A stretch of 64,000 nucleotides of DNA from Candidatus Poribacteria bacterium (GTDB taxonomy: Bacteria > Poribacteria > WGA-4E > WGA-3G): NCBI GenBank assembly GCA_963663765.2, contig CAXXUA010000005.1, positions 1,472,001 through 1,536,000 of the forward strand, given 5' to 3'. Both the position numbers and the translations under genes were made by a program. Position 1 is the first letter of the stretch; each line of letters opens with the position of its first letter. This document shows positions 22,614 through 33,483 of the stretch, piece by piece. The notes under the pieces are model-generated. The model ran no database searches. It saw nothing but the letters and a program-made list of their open reading frames with translations, and was not told the origin of the DNA.

Positions 22614-22737
22614 GGATTCTCCTAATGTATGTTATATTTCTAATGTATCTTACGATGGAATAATGGTTCAGATTTCAATATTTTTTCAGATGTAATTATA
22701 GCAGAATAATGGTAAATTTTCACTACGAAATATTAGG

Positions 22738-22817
22738 CAGGTTGATTTTGTTTTCCGCATTTTAGCTGTTTCCTGAGAAAATCGCGACCGGGAAGTCGTT
22801 CCTACCGCGGGGTTTCT
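22738..22817 (-). repeat. Partial inverted copy of MITE family E
   Basis: Reverse complement of the E internal sequence (gagaaaatcgcgaccgggaagtcgttcctaccgcggggtttct). Confidence 0.65.
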
Positions 22818-22893
22818 TTAATGAACTGACTTTCAACAAAGTTGCATCGTGACAAATTGAATGCCTCTGTTTACACATCATCTTCATTTGACA

Positions 22894-23011
22894 CAGGGTT
22901 ATTCAGTTTTCCTAATTTTTGGATTATTGAAAAAGAAACCCCGGTAGGAGCGACCTCCCGGTCGCGATTTTCTCAGAAAAAAGCTAAAATACCTAAAACT
23001 GAAAAACCCTG
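22894..23011 (+). mobile_element. MITE family E
   Basis: cagggttattcagtttt...aaaactgaaaaaccctg; perfect 9-bp TSD CATTTGACA. Confidence 0.85.
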
Positions 23012-23112
23012 CATTTGACATTTTGTATTTTTTATGGTATTGTATTATTGAATACTCAATGGAAATTGCGATTGTCAACGAATTGTCTTAGACGTATGTA
23101 TAGAGAAAAATT

Positions 23113-24378
23113 ATGAATATCCTGTCCATATTATCAATCTTGAGGAGGTACACAGAAGGTTTTATGAAGAATCTCACAATTATCCCAATAATTCTAATTT
23201 TATTTATTTGCTTTGCATGTGAAACTGAACAGAAAGGTCCCAGTCATTTGGACGTAGGCACATCTGAATTGAATGGTGGTCGTGTTATTGATGCGATAAA
23301 AAATCTGAAACAGGCAGAAAAAAAAGAAGCGGATAAAGATGAATCACGTGCATTGCTTGTCATAGCATATTCGCATGCACTTAGTCCAAAAAGTTCAAAT
23401 GCAGCAAAAACACAAAGGGTTGAACCCGAATACAAAAAGGAACGTGCTGAAAGAATCGCTGCTTTGAACACAGCTGAGATTAACAAAATGATTGAACATC
23501 TCAGTAAAAAGCAGTCAGTTTTTCAAGCAGATGGATTTCAAGCATTAGTTGATAAAGGAACAGACGCTGCAGTTGTATTAATTGAACAGATTGTAAATGG
23601 CACGTATCCAGAGGCACAACATCATTTTATATCTACTATTGTAAAAATAGGGGCTGATGCGGTTGATCCAATTTTGAATAAAGTCACCGATACCGCTGTT
23701 TCTGATGAAGCGAAGATGAAACTCATTCACATGCTTGGGGAAATTGGTGATAAGAAGGCTGTTGAAAAATTAACATCAATGGACGTGTCAACAATGAGTC
23801 TTGCTCTCAAAATGGAACTTTTCACGACCCTATATAGACTTGGAGAAAAGGGGTATAAATCTGAGATCCTTGCTGGTCTAAAGGCGAATGAAGTGGAAGT
23901 GCGCAGAGCAGCTGCAAAAGCGATGGCAAACCTTAAAGATGTGAATACCAGAATCCTTATTGATACTCTTAAAGACACCGATTCTCAAGTTGTCACGGAT
24001 ATTACAAAAGCACTCTCTATCCATAAAACTAAAGACGCTGTTGATGCTTTAGTAAATGTCTTCAAGGGTGAGTATAGTGCGGAAGCAAAAAGTGCGGTTT
24101 TGAAAACACTCACTACTTATGCAGAAGCAGGAAGTGGTCTCACAAAAGGGTTAGCGAGAAAACTATCTCTGCTACTTATTAACAAAGAAATTAGTGATTC
24201 AACAGATCGCGTTCGTCTTGTACAGTTTTTGAAGCACAGTATTATGGTAAAGCAACTCAAAGCCGCGAAGTTACTTGATGACCTTGATGTAAAACTGTAC
24301 GATTATCTTGAAAAAGAGGAAGAGGCTAAGTTCGTTAAAACCGAACTTAGTGAACTTCTGAATAAAATAAAGAAATAG
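23113..24378 (+). CDS. HEAT-repeat lipoprotein (paralog 1; true start probably 23164)
   Basis: Lipobox CFAC; HEAT motif EVRRAAAKAMA. Confidence 0.75.
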   Translation: MNILSILSILRRYTEGFMKNLTIIPIILILFICFACETEQKGPSHLDVGTSELNGGRVIDAIKNLKQAEKKEADKDESRALLVIAYSHALSPKSSNAAKTQRVEPEYKKERAERIAALNTAEINKMIEHLSKKQSVFQADGFQALVDKGTDAAVVLIEQIVNGTYPEAQHHFISTIVKIGADAVDPILNKVTDTAVSDEAKMKLIHMLGEIGDKKAVEKLTSMDVSTMSLALKMELFTTLYRLGEKGYKSEILAGLKANEVEVRRAAAKAMANLKDVNTRILIDTLKDTDSQVVTDITKALSIHKTKDAVDALVNVFKGEYSAEAKSAVLKTLTTYAEAGSGLTKGLARKLSLLLINKEISDSTDRVRLVQFLKHSIMVKQLKAAKLLDDLDVKLYDYLEKEEEAKFVKTELSELLNKIKK

Positions 24379-24583
24379 TGTATAGGTTGTTTTTCTGTTT
24401 CAAGTTATAATTTTTCGGATCTCTTTCATATAAAATAACCTAAGTTTCTACCTACAAAACTTAGACTTGGAAACACCATGTAATATCAAAAAATGCTGAT
24501 AAATTACCTATATTTTGAAACACAAACTTTATGAAGAATAATAAATAAATGAGGTAATACTATCCAACCCAACCTTTGTAGGC

Positions 24584-24728
24584 GGGGAATGCCTAAATAG
24601 CATTCATACCCCGGGGAATGCCTAAATGGTATTCATACCCGGGGAATGCCTTAATGGCATTCATACCCGGGGAATGCCTTAATGGCATTCATACCGTTGA
24701 TTTCTTGATTTCTTGATTTCTTGATTTG
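24584..24728 (+). repeat. Family-C hairpin element (4 tandem ~28-bp units plus octamer tail) inserted in a REP
   Basis: gtaggc|ggggaatgcctaaatggcattcatacc x4, then gttgattt(cttgattt)3g|gtgctttgtaagc. Confidence 0.75.
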
Positions 24729-24997
24729 GTGCTTTGTAAGCACGCCTACCGGGTGAAAAATATTTATTACCGACTTAATAAATTAATCTTCATCTGGAGC
24801 AAAGAAAGTTTCTGTTTTGGTCGTTGAGTCTTGATTTGACCTTCCCAAACACGTCCAGAATGTCACTCCTACCTTAAGCAACATATTTTAGTATGTGTGC
24901 TTAATCAACAATTATGGTGAAATTTGAAAATAAGTTTACATTTCTACAATTTGCAATATTTGCTGTCATGTCAGTATGCTATTCATTTATTTATTTG

Positions 24998-25187
24998 GTA
25001 GGAGCGACCTCCTGGTCGCGACTGTTTTGATACATGGTCCCTGTACGGTCGTGACCCGGGGAATGCCTAAATGGCATTCATACCGTTGATTTCTTGATTT
25101 CTTGATTTCTTGATTTCTTGATTACTTGATTTGGAGGTCGCTCCTACCAACGCAGGGTACGGTCCCGACTGGGAGGTCGCTCCTACC
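24998..25187. repeat. REP-A inverted cluster with nested family-C insert (25058..25133)
   Basis: gtaggagcgacctcc...ggaggtcgctcctac copies; C insert carries 5 extra cttgattt-like units. Confidence 0.7.
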
Positions 25188-25244
25188 TGGGCAAGTGTGT
25201 AATTAATTCCATAATTTACCATAAATACCTATGCTAAAAATTTC

Positions 25245-25273
25245 TTGACACAAAAAAGTATCTGTTTTATTAT
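25245..25273 (+). promoter_or_regulatory. Putative sigma70 promoter
   Basis: TTGACA-17 nt-TATTAT. Confidence 0.45.
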
Positions 25274-25344
25274 AAGTTTATGGTGCTGTTCTTGTATTTC
25301 TTAAGTATAGGAGACTATTTTATTTCGCACCAAATTTCGTATTT

Positions 25345-26592
25345 ATGTTGATGTTAGGAGGGAAAAACGAACGTAACATGAAAAAACTTGTAACGATATG
25401 CCTTGTTTTAGTTTGGGTTGTGTCGTTTGGCTGCAAAAAGGAAAAGATTATCCGGGATCTTCCAGAGGGAAGGAAGATGTTGTTAGGAGCAGGACTTGCG
25501 GTTGAAGCTGTAAACGTTCTTAAACTTGCGGAAATAGCAGAAAAAAATAAAAGCGAACCACGAGCTCTCTTGCTCATCGCTTATAGTCGCGCGCTTTCTA
25601 AGGAAACTCCGTTGTTGAAGAGTAAGAATTTGGAGACCGAATATAGTAACGAACGAACACTACGCATTACTGAATTGAACGCTGATGAGATAGAAGAAAT
25701 CATTCAAATCCTTGATGAGAGAAGTCTTGTTCATGATGATGTTATTCAAATCCTAATTGACAAAGGCACTCCGGTCATACCCATAATATTAGATAGTTTT
25801 ATACAGAACCGATATACCGAATCCTACGACGTTTTTGCGTATATCTTGACTCATATTGGTGCGAAAGGACTTGAAGACCTTTTGTCAAGTATTGAGGCAA
25901 CAGAAACACCGACTTCAGTGAAGGTGCGATTAGTTCGTGTTATCGGGAATATCGGTGAAGCGGATGCCAGGGATAGGTTAGAAGCTGTTAAAAAGTCCGT
26001 TCAAGATGCTGGTTTAGACATGGAGATAAACGTTGCACTTTATCAAATTGGAAACAAAGAGTATGGAAAAAACATTGAGGAAGGCTTACAGAATAGTAAC
26101 TTGGTTGCACGGCAGGCTGCAGCAAGGTCTGTGGTAATGCTTGGCCAACCCTCAACATCTGAATTAATAAAGGCACTCAAAGATGAGGATGATCAAGTTC
26201 GTAGGAGTGTTGTAAAAGCACTACAAAAACACGTTGATCCCAACGCAGTGGATAATCTGGTTGAGATTCTTACCAACGATTCTGGAGGTAGCACCAAGCA
26301 ATCCGCATTGAATACATTAAATCATTATGTAGAAAAGAATATAGCAGATGGTTTGGCACCACGTTTAATCTCTTTGCTGATAGATACTGAAATTTCTGAT
26401 CACGAAGATAGAATTCGCATTGCTCAGCTCCTTAATAAACCTGCATTGATTCAGCAGATTGAAGCAGCGGATCCTTATGCTAATTTACCTCACAAGCTTT
26501 ATGAATACTATACAAATAAGGAAGACAATCTCTTCGTAAAATCAGAACTCACCTCGCTTCTTAATAAACTTGTGGAACCAAGTGAAGAATAA
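25345..26592 (+). CDS. HEAT-repeat lipoprotein (paralog 2; start probably 25378)
   Basis: Lipobox SFGC; RALLLIAYS motif shared with paralog 1; HEAT repeats. Confidence 0.75.
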   Translation: MLMLGGKNERNMKKLVTICLVLVWVVSFGCKKEKIIRDLPEGRKMLLGAGLAVEAVNVLKLAEIAEKNKSEPRALLLIAYSRALSKETPLLKSKNLETEYSNERTLRITELNADEIEEIIQILDERSLVHDDVIQILIDKGTPVIPIILDSFIQNRYTESYDVFAYILTHIGAKGLEDLLSSIEATETPTSVKVRLVRVIGNIGEADARDRLEAVKKSVQDAGLDMEINVALYQIGNKEYGKNIEEGLQNSNLVARQAAARSVVMLGQPSTSELIKALKDEDDQVRRSVVKALQKHVDPNAVDNLVEILTNDSGGSTKQSALNTLNHYVEKNIADGLAPRLISLLIDTEISDHEDRIRIAQLLNKPALIQQIEAADPYANLPHKLYEYYTNKEDNLFVKSELTSLLNKLVEPSEE

Positions 26593-26627
26593 ACTGATTC
26601 TTTACTGAAGTCAACTACAGTCATAAT

Positions 26628-27839
26628 GTGTCCTCTCTGTTTGTGCCATGTAGTCTTGGTAGGAGACAAGAAACCATGCCGAAATATCCCACAGACATTA
26701 AGATAACGAAAATTGAGCAGGTTGTCGTTGAGATAGACATGCCTGCGATCGGTTGTAACTCTGGAGCAAAAGAAATACGTCAACCAGACCCAAATGGTAA
26801 ATGGAGTGAAAGCATAACACGTATTTATACCAATGATGGGACACTGGGTTGGGGACCTACCAGTTGGGGGACATCTGCAGAAGAAGCAAAAGATGCTCTA
26901 TACAACAGCCCTTTTGATCTGTTGACTCCTGAAAATGGAGTCGTTAAAGACTACCGCGGATTTGAAAACGCCTTGTGGGATACAATCGGGAAAATCCTTG
27001 AAAAACCGGCATATCAAATTATGGGAACTGAAACCTATGGGAACGGATTGCCTGCGTATGATAGCACGATTTATTTCAATGACCTTCTCTATGATACAAA
27101 AGCCGAAGGACTCAAACGGATTGAGGACGATGTAAAAAAGAGTTTGGCAGATGGTTTCACAGCATGCAAAATGAAGATGGGACGCGGTAATCATCTCATG
27201 GAGCGGAAAGCAGGATTAGAAAGAGATATAGAGGTTGTCCAACTTGCACGTAGCACTGCTGGAGAAGGTTTCCATATACTTGTTGATGCTAACAATGCTT
27301 ATACTTATGACGAAGTCATTGCCTTCCTGAACGAAACAAGCAACTGTGATGTCTTTTGGATTGAAGAAATGTTTGAAGAGGATGTTGAGTTGTATCGCAA
27401 CTTAAAGGAATTTATCCAAGAGAAGGGTTTGAATACTTTGATTGCTGATGGTGAAACACGTACTCGTGCACCTCTTGATTTCTACGATCCGTTTTTTGAA
27501 GCAGGTGTCATTGATGTTATCCAACATGATATGAAGGGACTTGGAGTGACGGGTTGGCGGAGGCTCGCAGAAATGGCTGGAGCGAACAACGTCAAATGTG
27601 CACCCCATAACTGGGGTTCTCTTCTCGGTTTCTTTCTCAGTCTCCAATTTGCAAAGACGATTCCACATTTCCTATATGGCGAAGTTGCCACCCTTACCAG
27701 TGATGTGATTGATGTTTCTGGATACGAATTCTCTGGTGGAACGTTCACCGTGCCTGACACTCCCGGTCTCGGTTTGGATCTCAATCAAGACGTTTATGAT
27801 GCACGCTATGCTGGTAATGAGGCATGGTTGATCGCGTAG
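26628..27839 (+). CDS. Mandelate racemase/muconate lactonizing enzyme (enolase superfamily) protein (start probably 26676)
   Basis: ENALWD, KMKMG, LVDANN, WIEE, ADGE, APHNW, PGLGL. Confidence 0.9.
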   Translation: MSSLFVPCSLGRRQETMPKYPTDIKITKIEQVVVEIDMPAIGCNSGAKEIRQPDPNGKWSESITRIYTNDGTLGWGPTSWGTSAEEAKDALYNSPFDLLTPENGVVKDYRGFENALWDTIGKILEKPAYQIMGTETYGNGLPAYDSTIYFNDLLYDTKAEGLKRIEDDVKKSLADGFTACKMKMGRGNHLMERKAGLERDIEVVQLARSTAGEGFHILVDANNAYTYDEVIAFLNETSNCDVFWIEEMFEEDVELYRNLKEFIQEKGLNTLIADGETRTRAPLDFYDPFFEAGVIDVIQHDMKGLGVTGWRRLAEMAGANNVKCAPHNWGSLLGFFLSLQFAKTIPHFLYGEVATLTSDVIDVSGYEFSGGTFTVPDTPGLGLDLNQDVYDARYAGNEAWLIA

Positions 27840-27912
27840 TCTTTAGTTAAAATCTATATAATGTGGAAACAAGACGTATTATATTTTTCTATAAGGCTAA
27901 GGTGATTCCACT

Positions 27913-29892
27913 TTGAATTTATCTGAATATCTTGACTATCCCAATGAAGATTACCTTACTTATAATGAAGTCTCAGAAGTCTTGGGAGTTTCAACTGCGA
28001 CCGTTAGAAATTGGGTAAAACTTGGACACATTCAGCCTGCAGCCATTCAACAAAATAACAAATTTCTCAGATCCCATATAGAGGAGATAAGAAATAAAAT
28101 TGCTAAAGGTTCTCTGACAAAACTCAATCAACGTGCAAATAAAAGCAACTCAATCACCAAGAATATTCCAACGGAATATGCAGATAATCCTAAAGTATGC
28201 GAGTCTATTTTAACAATTACTGATATTTTCAATAGATATAACCTTAATAGAGATACAGTCCTATTTGTAACTGCTTTAAATTTACTAAGACAGGTTGACT
28301 TAATTAGAGAAACACAGAATCTATCCCTTAACGACATCAACTTTACAAATGATATAGTAAAATATGAAATAGAAACTTGGTCAAAACATATAAAAGATAG
28401 TGAACTGCCACATTATTACAATGAAGTTTTTGATATTAGTATCCCGTTAGAATGTGATTTCTTAGGTCTGCTGCATCAATCATTATTAAGTGAGGGAGAA
28501 AAAGCAAAAATCGGTTCGTATTACACTCCAAAATACATTGTTGATGAGGTAGTTAACCAAAACTTAAAATGTAACATCAACGTCCTTGATCCTTGCTGTG
28601 GGACTGGTCAATTTTTGCTTTTAGCTTCTAAAAAAATAGATAACCCATCTAATCTATGGGGTTTTGATATTGACAAAAATGCTGTTAGACTTGCAAAGAT
28701 AAATCTCTTGCTAAAGTTTCCACAACATAGATTTAATCCAAATATATATCATAAAAATACATTATTAGATGAAGGTAAAGACATTCCTCAATTTGACTTA
28801 GTGATAACTAATCCTCCCTGGGGTTCACATTTCTCTAAAGATGAGGAGTTATATCTAAAAAAGAAATACCCGAATGTCAAGTCAAACGAAGCATTTGCAT
28901 ATTTTCTTGAGGCAGGCATTGCATACTTGAAGGAGGAAGGCATACTTTCCTTTATCTTACCCGAGTCAATCCTAAACACAAAAATCCATAAAGATATTAG
29001 AGAAAAAATTCTAAAACAAACTACAATCAAAAGAATTAAACACCTCAAACGTCCGTTTGATGGCGTTTTTACAAATGCCATTCAATTGGATTTAGTGAAT
29101 AAAATAGCAGATGATAATTCTTTCATTGCAGAAAAAGACAATTCGTTATTTTATCCTAATCAAACACGATTAGTATCAAATCTTGATTTTATCTTAGATG
29201 TTTTTACAAAAGACAGTGATTACGAGTTAACAGATAAGATTTTTTCTGTCAAACATAATACGTTAAAGAACAATGCAATATGGGCACTGGGTATTGTTAC
29301 TGGTGATAATAAAAAACACTTACAAGAAAACAACGGTGACGGCTTAGAACCGATTCTAACCGGTAAGGACATTAAAAGATTTTGCACCAAAAAACCGAGT
29401 AAATTTATTAGATTTCTACCAGATAAGTTTCAACAGGTTGCACCGGAAAAAAAATATCGAGCAAAAGAAAAATTGTTGTATAAATTTATTTCTAAGCAAT
29501 TAGTCTTTGCCTATGACGATAAACAAACCCTCACTCTTAATAGCGCAAACGTTTTGATACCAACAATATCAAATTACCCAATAAAAACAATCTTAGCACT
29601 GTTCAATTCAACTTTGTATCAATTTATCTTTGAAAAAAAGTTTGGTGCAATAAAAGTACTGAAGAATCACATTGAACAATTACCTTTGCCCGATATCGAC
29701 ATACAGAAACATATTAGATTTGAGAAATTGGTGAACGGACTTCTAAAAAACGATCTTGTTATGGAAAAACGCAAAAGTCTATATAGGAAACTTGATGACG
29801 AAGTGATGAAATTATTTTCTTTAGATAAACAGGATAAGAACCATATATATAACGAAGTTAACGTATCAGATAAATTGTTAGAAGTAAAATAA
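27913..29892 (+). CDS. Type II N6-adenine DNA methyltransferase with N-terminal HTH and TaqI-like C-terminal domain
   Basis: VSEVLGVSTATVRNW HTH; GSYYTP; LDPCCGTGQF; ITNPPW. Confidence 0.88.
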   Translation: MNLSEYLDYPNEDYLTYNEVSEVLGVSTATVRNWVKLGHIQPAAIQQNNKFLRSHIEEIRNKIAKGSLTKLNQRANKSNSITKNIPTEYADNPKVCESILTITDIFNRYNLNRDTVLFVTALNLLRQVDLIRETQNLSLNDINFTNDIVKYEIETWSKHIKDSELPHYYNEVFDISIPLECDFLGLLHQSLLSEGEKAKIGSYYTPKYIVDEVVNQNLKCNINVLDPCCGTGQFLLLASKKIDNPSNLWGFDIDKNAVRLAKINLLLKFPQHRFNPNIYHKNTLLDEGKDIPQFDLVITNPPWGSHFSKDEELYLKKKYPNVKSNEAFAYFLEAGIAYLKEEGILSFILPESILNTKIHKDIREKILKQTTIKRIKHLKRPFDGVFTNAIQLDLVNKIADDNSFIAEKDNSLFYPNQTRLVSNLDFILDVFTKDSDYELTDKIFSVKHNTLKNNAIWALGIVTGDNKKHLQENNGDGLEPILTGKDIKRFCTKKPSKFIRFLPDKFQQVAPEKKYRAKEKLLYKFISKQLVFAYDDKQTLTLNSANVLIPTISNYPIKTILALFNSTLYQFIFEKKFGAIKVLKNHIEQLPLPDIDIQKHIRFEKLVNGLLKNDLVMEKRKSLYRKLDDEVMKLFSLDKQDKNHIYNEVNVSDKLLEVK

Positions 29893-29894
29893 AC

Positions 29895-30626
29895 ATGGAT
29901 GTCTTAAAACAGAAACTTAATAAACTGATAGAAGAACTCTCTGAAGATAAGAAAGAGGTAATAAAAAATAGGTTGTATGACCTGGTTTCGGTTTACCCAT
30001 TTAATGAGTATGAATATTTGATTTCATTGTTGATGGGTTTCAGAAAAATAACTCTTGATGATTACTACGAGATTAGAGATGAATACATATCACGAAATAT
30101 GTATTTATATCTTTTTGAGATTGCAGCACCAAGAGGTTTTGGAGAAAGATGGGCACAAGGACAACTCATGTCTCTTGAACCAGACTTTCTAAAACCTACA
30201 AAGAAACTTGATGAAGAATACAACGGTCAATACGACATTGCACTACCCTACAAAGATAGCCTTATAAAAATTGAAGTGAAAGCTTCCAGAGCAGTTGATG
30301 GAAAAAGCGATGAACCACTCTACGTAAAGGCTTTGTCTTACGAAAGTAACCGATCGTTTTGGATGAATTTTCAACAAATTAAGCCGGCATGTGCGGATAT
30401 ATTTATTTTAATTGCAGTATGGAGAGACGTCATTAAATATTGGGTTATTTCTTCTATTGAAGTAGAAAACAACAAATACTATTCTAAGGGACAGCACCGA
30501 GGAAATATCGGTGAGGGTCAATTACATATCAAAGATGACAACATACAAGAATTCGAACAATACCTATGCCGTCCGAATGAGTTAAGACAGACCGTTATTG
30601 ATGTTTATGAAAGACAAAATAGGTAA
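29895..30626 (+). CDS. Probable cognate Type II restriction endonuclease (PD-(D/E)XK)
   Basis: 2 nt downstream of the MTase; YDI...IEVKAS and FQQIK motifs; AT-rich like the MTase. Confidence 0.72.
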   Translation: MDVLKQKLNKLIEELSEDKKEVIKNRLYDLVSVYPFNEYEYLISLLMGFRKITLDDYYEIRDEYISRNMYLYLFEIAAPRGFGERWAQGQLMSLEPDFLKPTKKLDEEYNGQYDIALPYKDSLIKIEVKASRAVDGKSDEPLYVKALSYESNRSFWMNFQQIKPACADIFILIAVWRDVIKYWVISSIEVENNKYYSKGQHRGNIGEGQLHIKDDNIQEFEQYLCRPNELRQTVIDVYERQNR

Positions 30627-30732
30627 ATTATGATCTCAAACCTTGTAGCATCTATATCAACAAAATTGCTTTATGGTGAAACATCATTGAAGTACACTCA
30701 CCCTATGCGGATAAAACCCAAGGTAATCTCCT

Positions 30733-31827
30733 ATGAAAAAAGTACTCGTCGCAATGAGCGGCGGTGTAGATAGTTCTGTCACTGCTGCAATGATGGTAGA
30801 TGCAGGATATGATGTCACAGGCATCACGATGCGCCTCGGATCTCCTGACACAATTGAGGTGGAACCTGAACGTCCCAATTGCTGTTCTCTTGAGGGTATT
30901 GAGGACGCACGACGGGTTGCTACCCAACTTGGTATCCCTTTCTACGGTGTGAATTATGAAGATATTTTCCAAGAACAGATTATTGACTACTTCGTTGCGG
31001 AATATCTCGTCGGTAGAACACCAAGCCCTTGTATGGTATGTAACCGAGAACTCAAATTTGGCAAACTCCTTGACCTTGCTAAATCTTTGGAGTGTGAAGC
31101 AATAGCTACTGGTCACTATGCCCGAATTGAGCAGCACCTCGAGACAGGACGGTATCTCTTACGCAAAGCACTTCATGTCAGTAAAGATCAGTCCTATTTC
31201 CTCGCCGGACTCACGCAGGAACAATTGCGATGTGCAATAATGCCCCTCGGTGAATACACGAAAGATCAGGCGCGTGACCTTGCACGAAAATATCAATTGA
31301 AAACTGCTGATAAGATTGAAAGCCAAGAACTGTGTTTTGTTGCGGATACCAATTATAGACGTTTCCTCCAGGATAGAATACCGGAAAAGATTGTTGATGG
31401 CGATATTATTGACAAGGAAGGTAAAGTTCTCGGCAAGCATCAAGGTGTGCCGTTTTATACCGTGGGACAACGGCGCGGTCTCGGTATTGCTGTTGGCAAA
31501 CCGCTATATGTAACGCAACTCAACGCAACCAATAACACCGTTACTGTAGGTGAACAGGACGATCTCCTTGAGGATACTATGCATGTTGAACGAATCAACC
31601 TTATCGCTATTGAGAAGTTGACAGAACCGATACGTGCACATGTTAAGATCCGTTCACGTGATGAGGGTGGTCCCGCGATAATCTCTCCCATCAGTGATAC
31701 AGAAGCAATTGTGAAGTTTGACGAACCGCGACGCGCAATTACACCCGGACAAGCAACCGTCTTTTATGATGGAGAATATGTCATTGGTGGTGGGTGGATT
31801 GTAAAGGCAGAAAACACATCGATCTAA
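30733..31827 (+). CDS. mnmA: tRNA 2-thiouridylase
   Basis: AMSGGVDSSV, TPSPCMVCN, IATGHYA, KDQSYFL, ESQELCF, TPGQ. Confidence 0.97.
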   Translation: MKKVLVAMSGGVDSSVTAAMMVDAGYDVTGITMRLGSPDTIEVEPERPNCCSLEGIEDARRVATQLGIPFYGVNYEDIFQEQIIDYFVAEYLVGRTPSPCMVCNRELKFGKLLDLAKSLECEAIATGHYARIEQHLETGRYLLRKALHVSKDQSYFLAGLTQEQLRCAIMPLGEYTKDQARDLARKYQLKTADKIESQELCFVADTNYRRFLQDRIPEKIVDGDIIDKEGKVLGKHQGVPFYTVGQRRGLGIAVGKPLYVTQLNATNNTVTVGEQDDLLEDTMHVERINLIAIEKLTEPIRAHVKIRSRDEGGPAIISPISDTEAIVKFDEPRRAITPGQATVFYDGEYVIGGGWIVKAENTSI

Positions 31828-31845
31828 ACAAGGAATACAACTCAG

Positions 31846-32406
31846 ATGCAAGAAAATATGCAGAAAATGCCTAACGCTATAAGCTTTATGAAAACATTCA
31901 GACCGTATATGTTAGTAGGGATAATCATTTATACCTTTTTGATATCTATCGTTACTTTCATTAGCATTTGTGTTAGCATGCCCGATTGGCAAATATCCAA
32001 AAGGATTATATCTCTGTTTATGGATGCTGGTGCCATTTCCGACGGTAATATGGTTCGTTTTGGTATGTTTGTCATAGGGTTAAATCACGCTTCTATAATT
32101 GCTGCTGGCGTTAATGTAGCTGGCGTGATTGCAAGTGGCACGAATGCTGGTGGAGTTGTTGCTATCGGTATAAATGCTGTTGGTCCCATTGCGATTGGTG
32201 TAAATGCTTTTGGTATAATCGCAATTGGATGCTCTGCTTTTGGTGTTGTCGCTATTGGTAAATATGCTTTTGGTATATATTCCCTTTCCTATTCGCCTAA
32301 AGGCAGAGGTAAACACTTGCTTGCACCCCATCGCCAAGACCCTGAAGCAATAGATTTTTTTAGACGTTGGCTCCCAAAGTTATCCTCATCATTGTCTACA
32401 CAATAG
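31846..32406 (+). CDS. Hypothetical membrane protein with Gly/Ala/Ile (GxxAIG) repeats
   Basis: Hydrophobic; repeated AIGxNA(F/V)G. Confidence 0.65.
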   Translation: MQENMQKMPNAISFMKTFRPYMLVGIIIYTFLISIVTFISICVSMPDWQISKRIISLFMDAGAISDGNMVRFGMFVIGLNHASIIAAGVNVAGVIASGTNAGGVVAIGINAVGPIAIGVNAFGIIAIGCSAFGVVAIGKYAFGIYSLSYSPKGRGKHLLAPHRQDPEAIDFFRRWLPKLSSSLSTQ

Positions 32407-32416
32407 TGTTTGATAC

Positions 32417-33340
32417 ATGAAATCAAAACTCCTCTGCCTGCTTGGTCCCACAGCGATTGGTAAAACAGAGATTGCGATTCAACTTGCTCAACGTCTCAAT
32501 GCTGAGATTGTCTCTGTTGACTCGCGTCAAATCTATCGGCAGATGGACATCGGCACTGCCAAACCTACCCACGAAGAACAGCAAACCGCACGACATCACC
32601 TTATAGACTGTGTGGACATTGCACAACCCTTCTCCGTTGCTGAATTTCAAACCCTTGCTGACAATACAATCGCAGATATACAAAATAGAGGTAAACAGGT
32701 TTTGCTTGTGGGTGGTGCCGGTCTCTATTTTCGTGCTATAGTTGATGGTTTATTTCAGGGACCGGCGGCAGATGCTTCACTCCGAAAACGACTTGAGCAG
32801 GAGGCAGCACAGCACGGTGTTGATGTACTTCACAAACGTCTTCGTACCTGCGATCCAGAGTCTGCTGACCGTATCCATCCAAACAACCTTGTCCGAGTCA
32901 TTCGTGCGCTTGAGGTCTATGAACTGACAGGTACTCCTATGTCTGAACTTCAACAGCAGTGGCATCCTGACAATCAAAGGTATCCGTTTGTTGCCTTTGG
33001 ATTGACGATACCACGAGAATTGTTATACCGTCGCATTGAACAGCGGGTGGACGTCATGCTTACTCATGGTTTGATAACCGAAGTTGAATCGTTGTTGACT
33101 GCAGGATATTCACGGGATTGTTATGCTCTGCAAAGTTTCGGGTATAAGGAGTTGATTGCATATCTGGATGGTAAATGTACTTATGACGAAGCAGTTGAAC
33201 AGTTGAAACAGAACACGCGCAGATTTGCTAAAAGGCAGTTGACTTGGTTTCGTAAAGATAAACGTATTGCGTGGGTGGACAGGGAGTCAACACCTGATGT
33301 TGTTGGGTATATCTTGGGGAAGATTGGGGAAGTATCGTAG
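32417..33340 (+). CDS. miaA: tRNA dimethylallyltransferase
   Basis: GPTAIGKT, SVDSRQIY, DIGTAKP, HHLID, FAKRQLTWF. Confidence 0.97.
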   Translation: MKSKLLCLLGPTAIGKTEIAIQLAQRLNAEIVSVDSRQIYRQMDIGTAKPTHEEQQTARHHLIDCVDIAQPFSVAEFQTLADNTIADIQNRGKQVLLVGGAGLYFRAIVDGLFQGPAADASLRKRLEQEAAQHGVDVLHKRLRTCDPESADRIHPNNLVRVIRALEVYELTGTPMSELQQQWHPDNQRYPFVAFGLTIPRELLYRRIEQRVDVMLTHGLITEVESLLTAGYSRDCYALQSFGYKELIAYLDGKCTYDEAVEQLKQNTRRFAKRQLTWFRKDKRIAWVDRESTPDVVGYILGKIGEVS

Positions 33341-33483
33341 TAAAAGAGTGATTAAAGTTTTTGCACAAACTGCTTATTCTCCATTGTAGGGCGGGGTCTC
33401 TGTGCCCCGCCGCATAGGTGTCAACTTAGCGATTCATATTCTTGTAGGAGGGAAACCTTGAAATCACGATTTTCTCACTCAAG

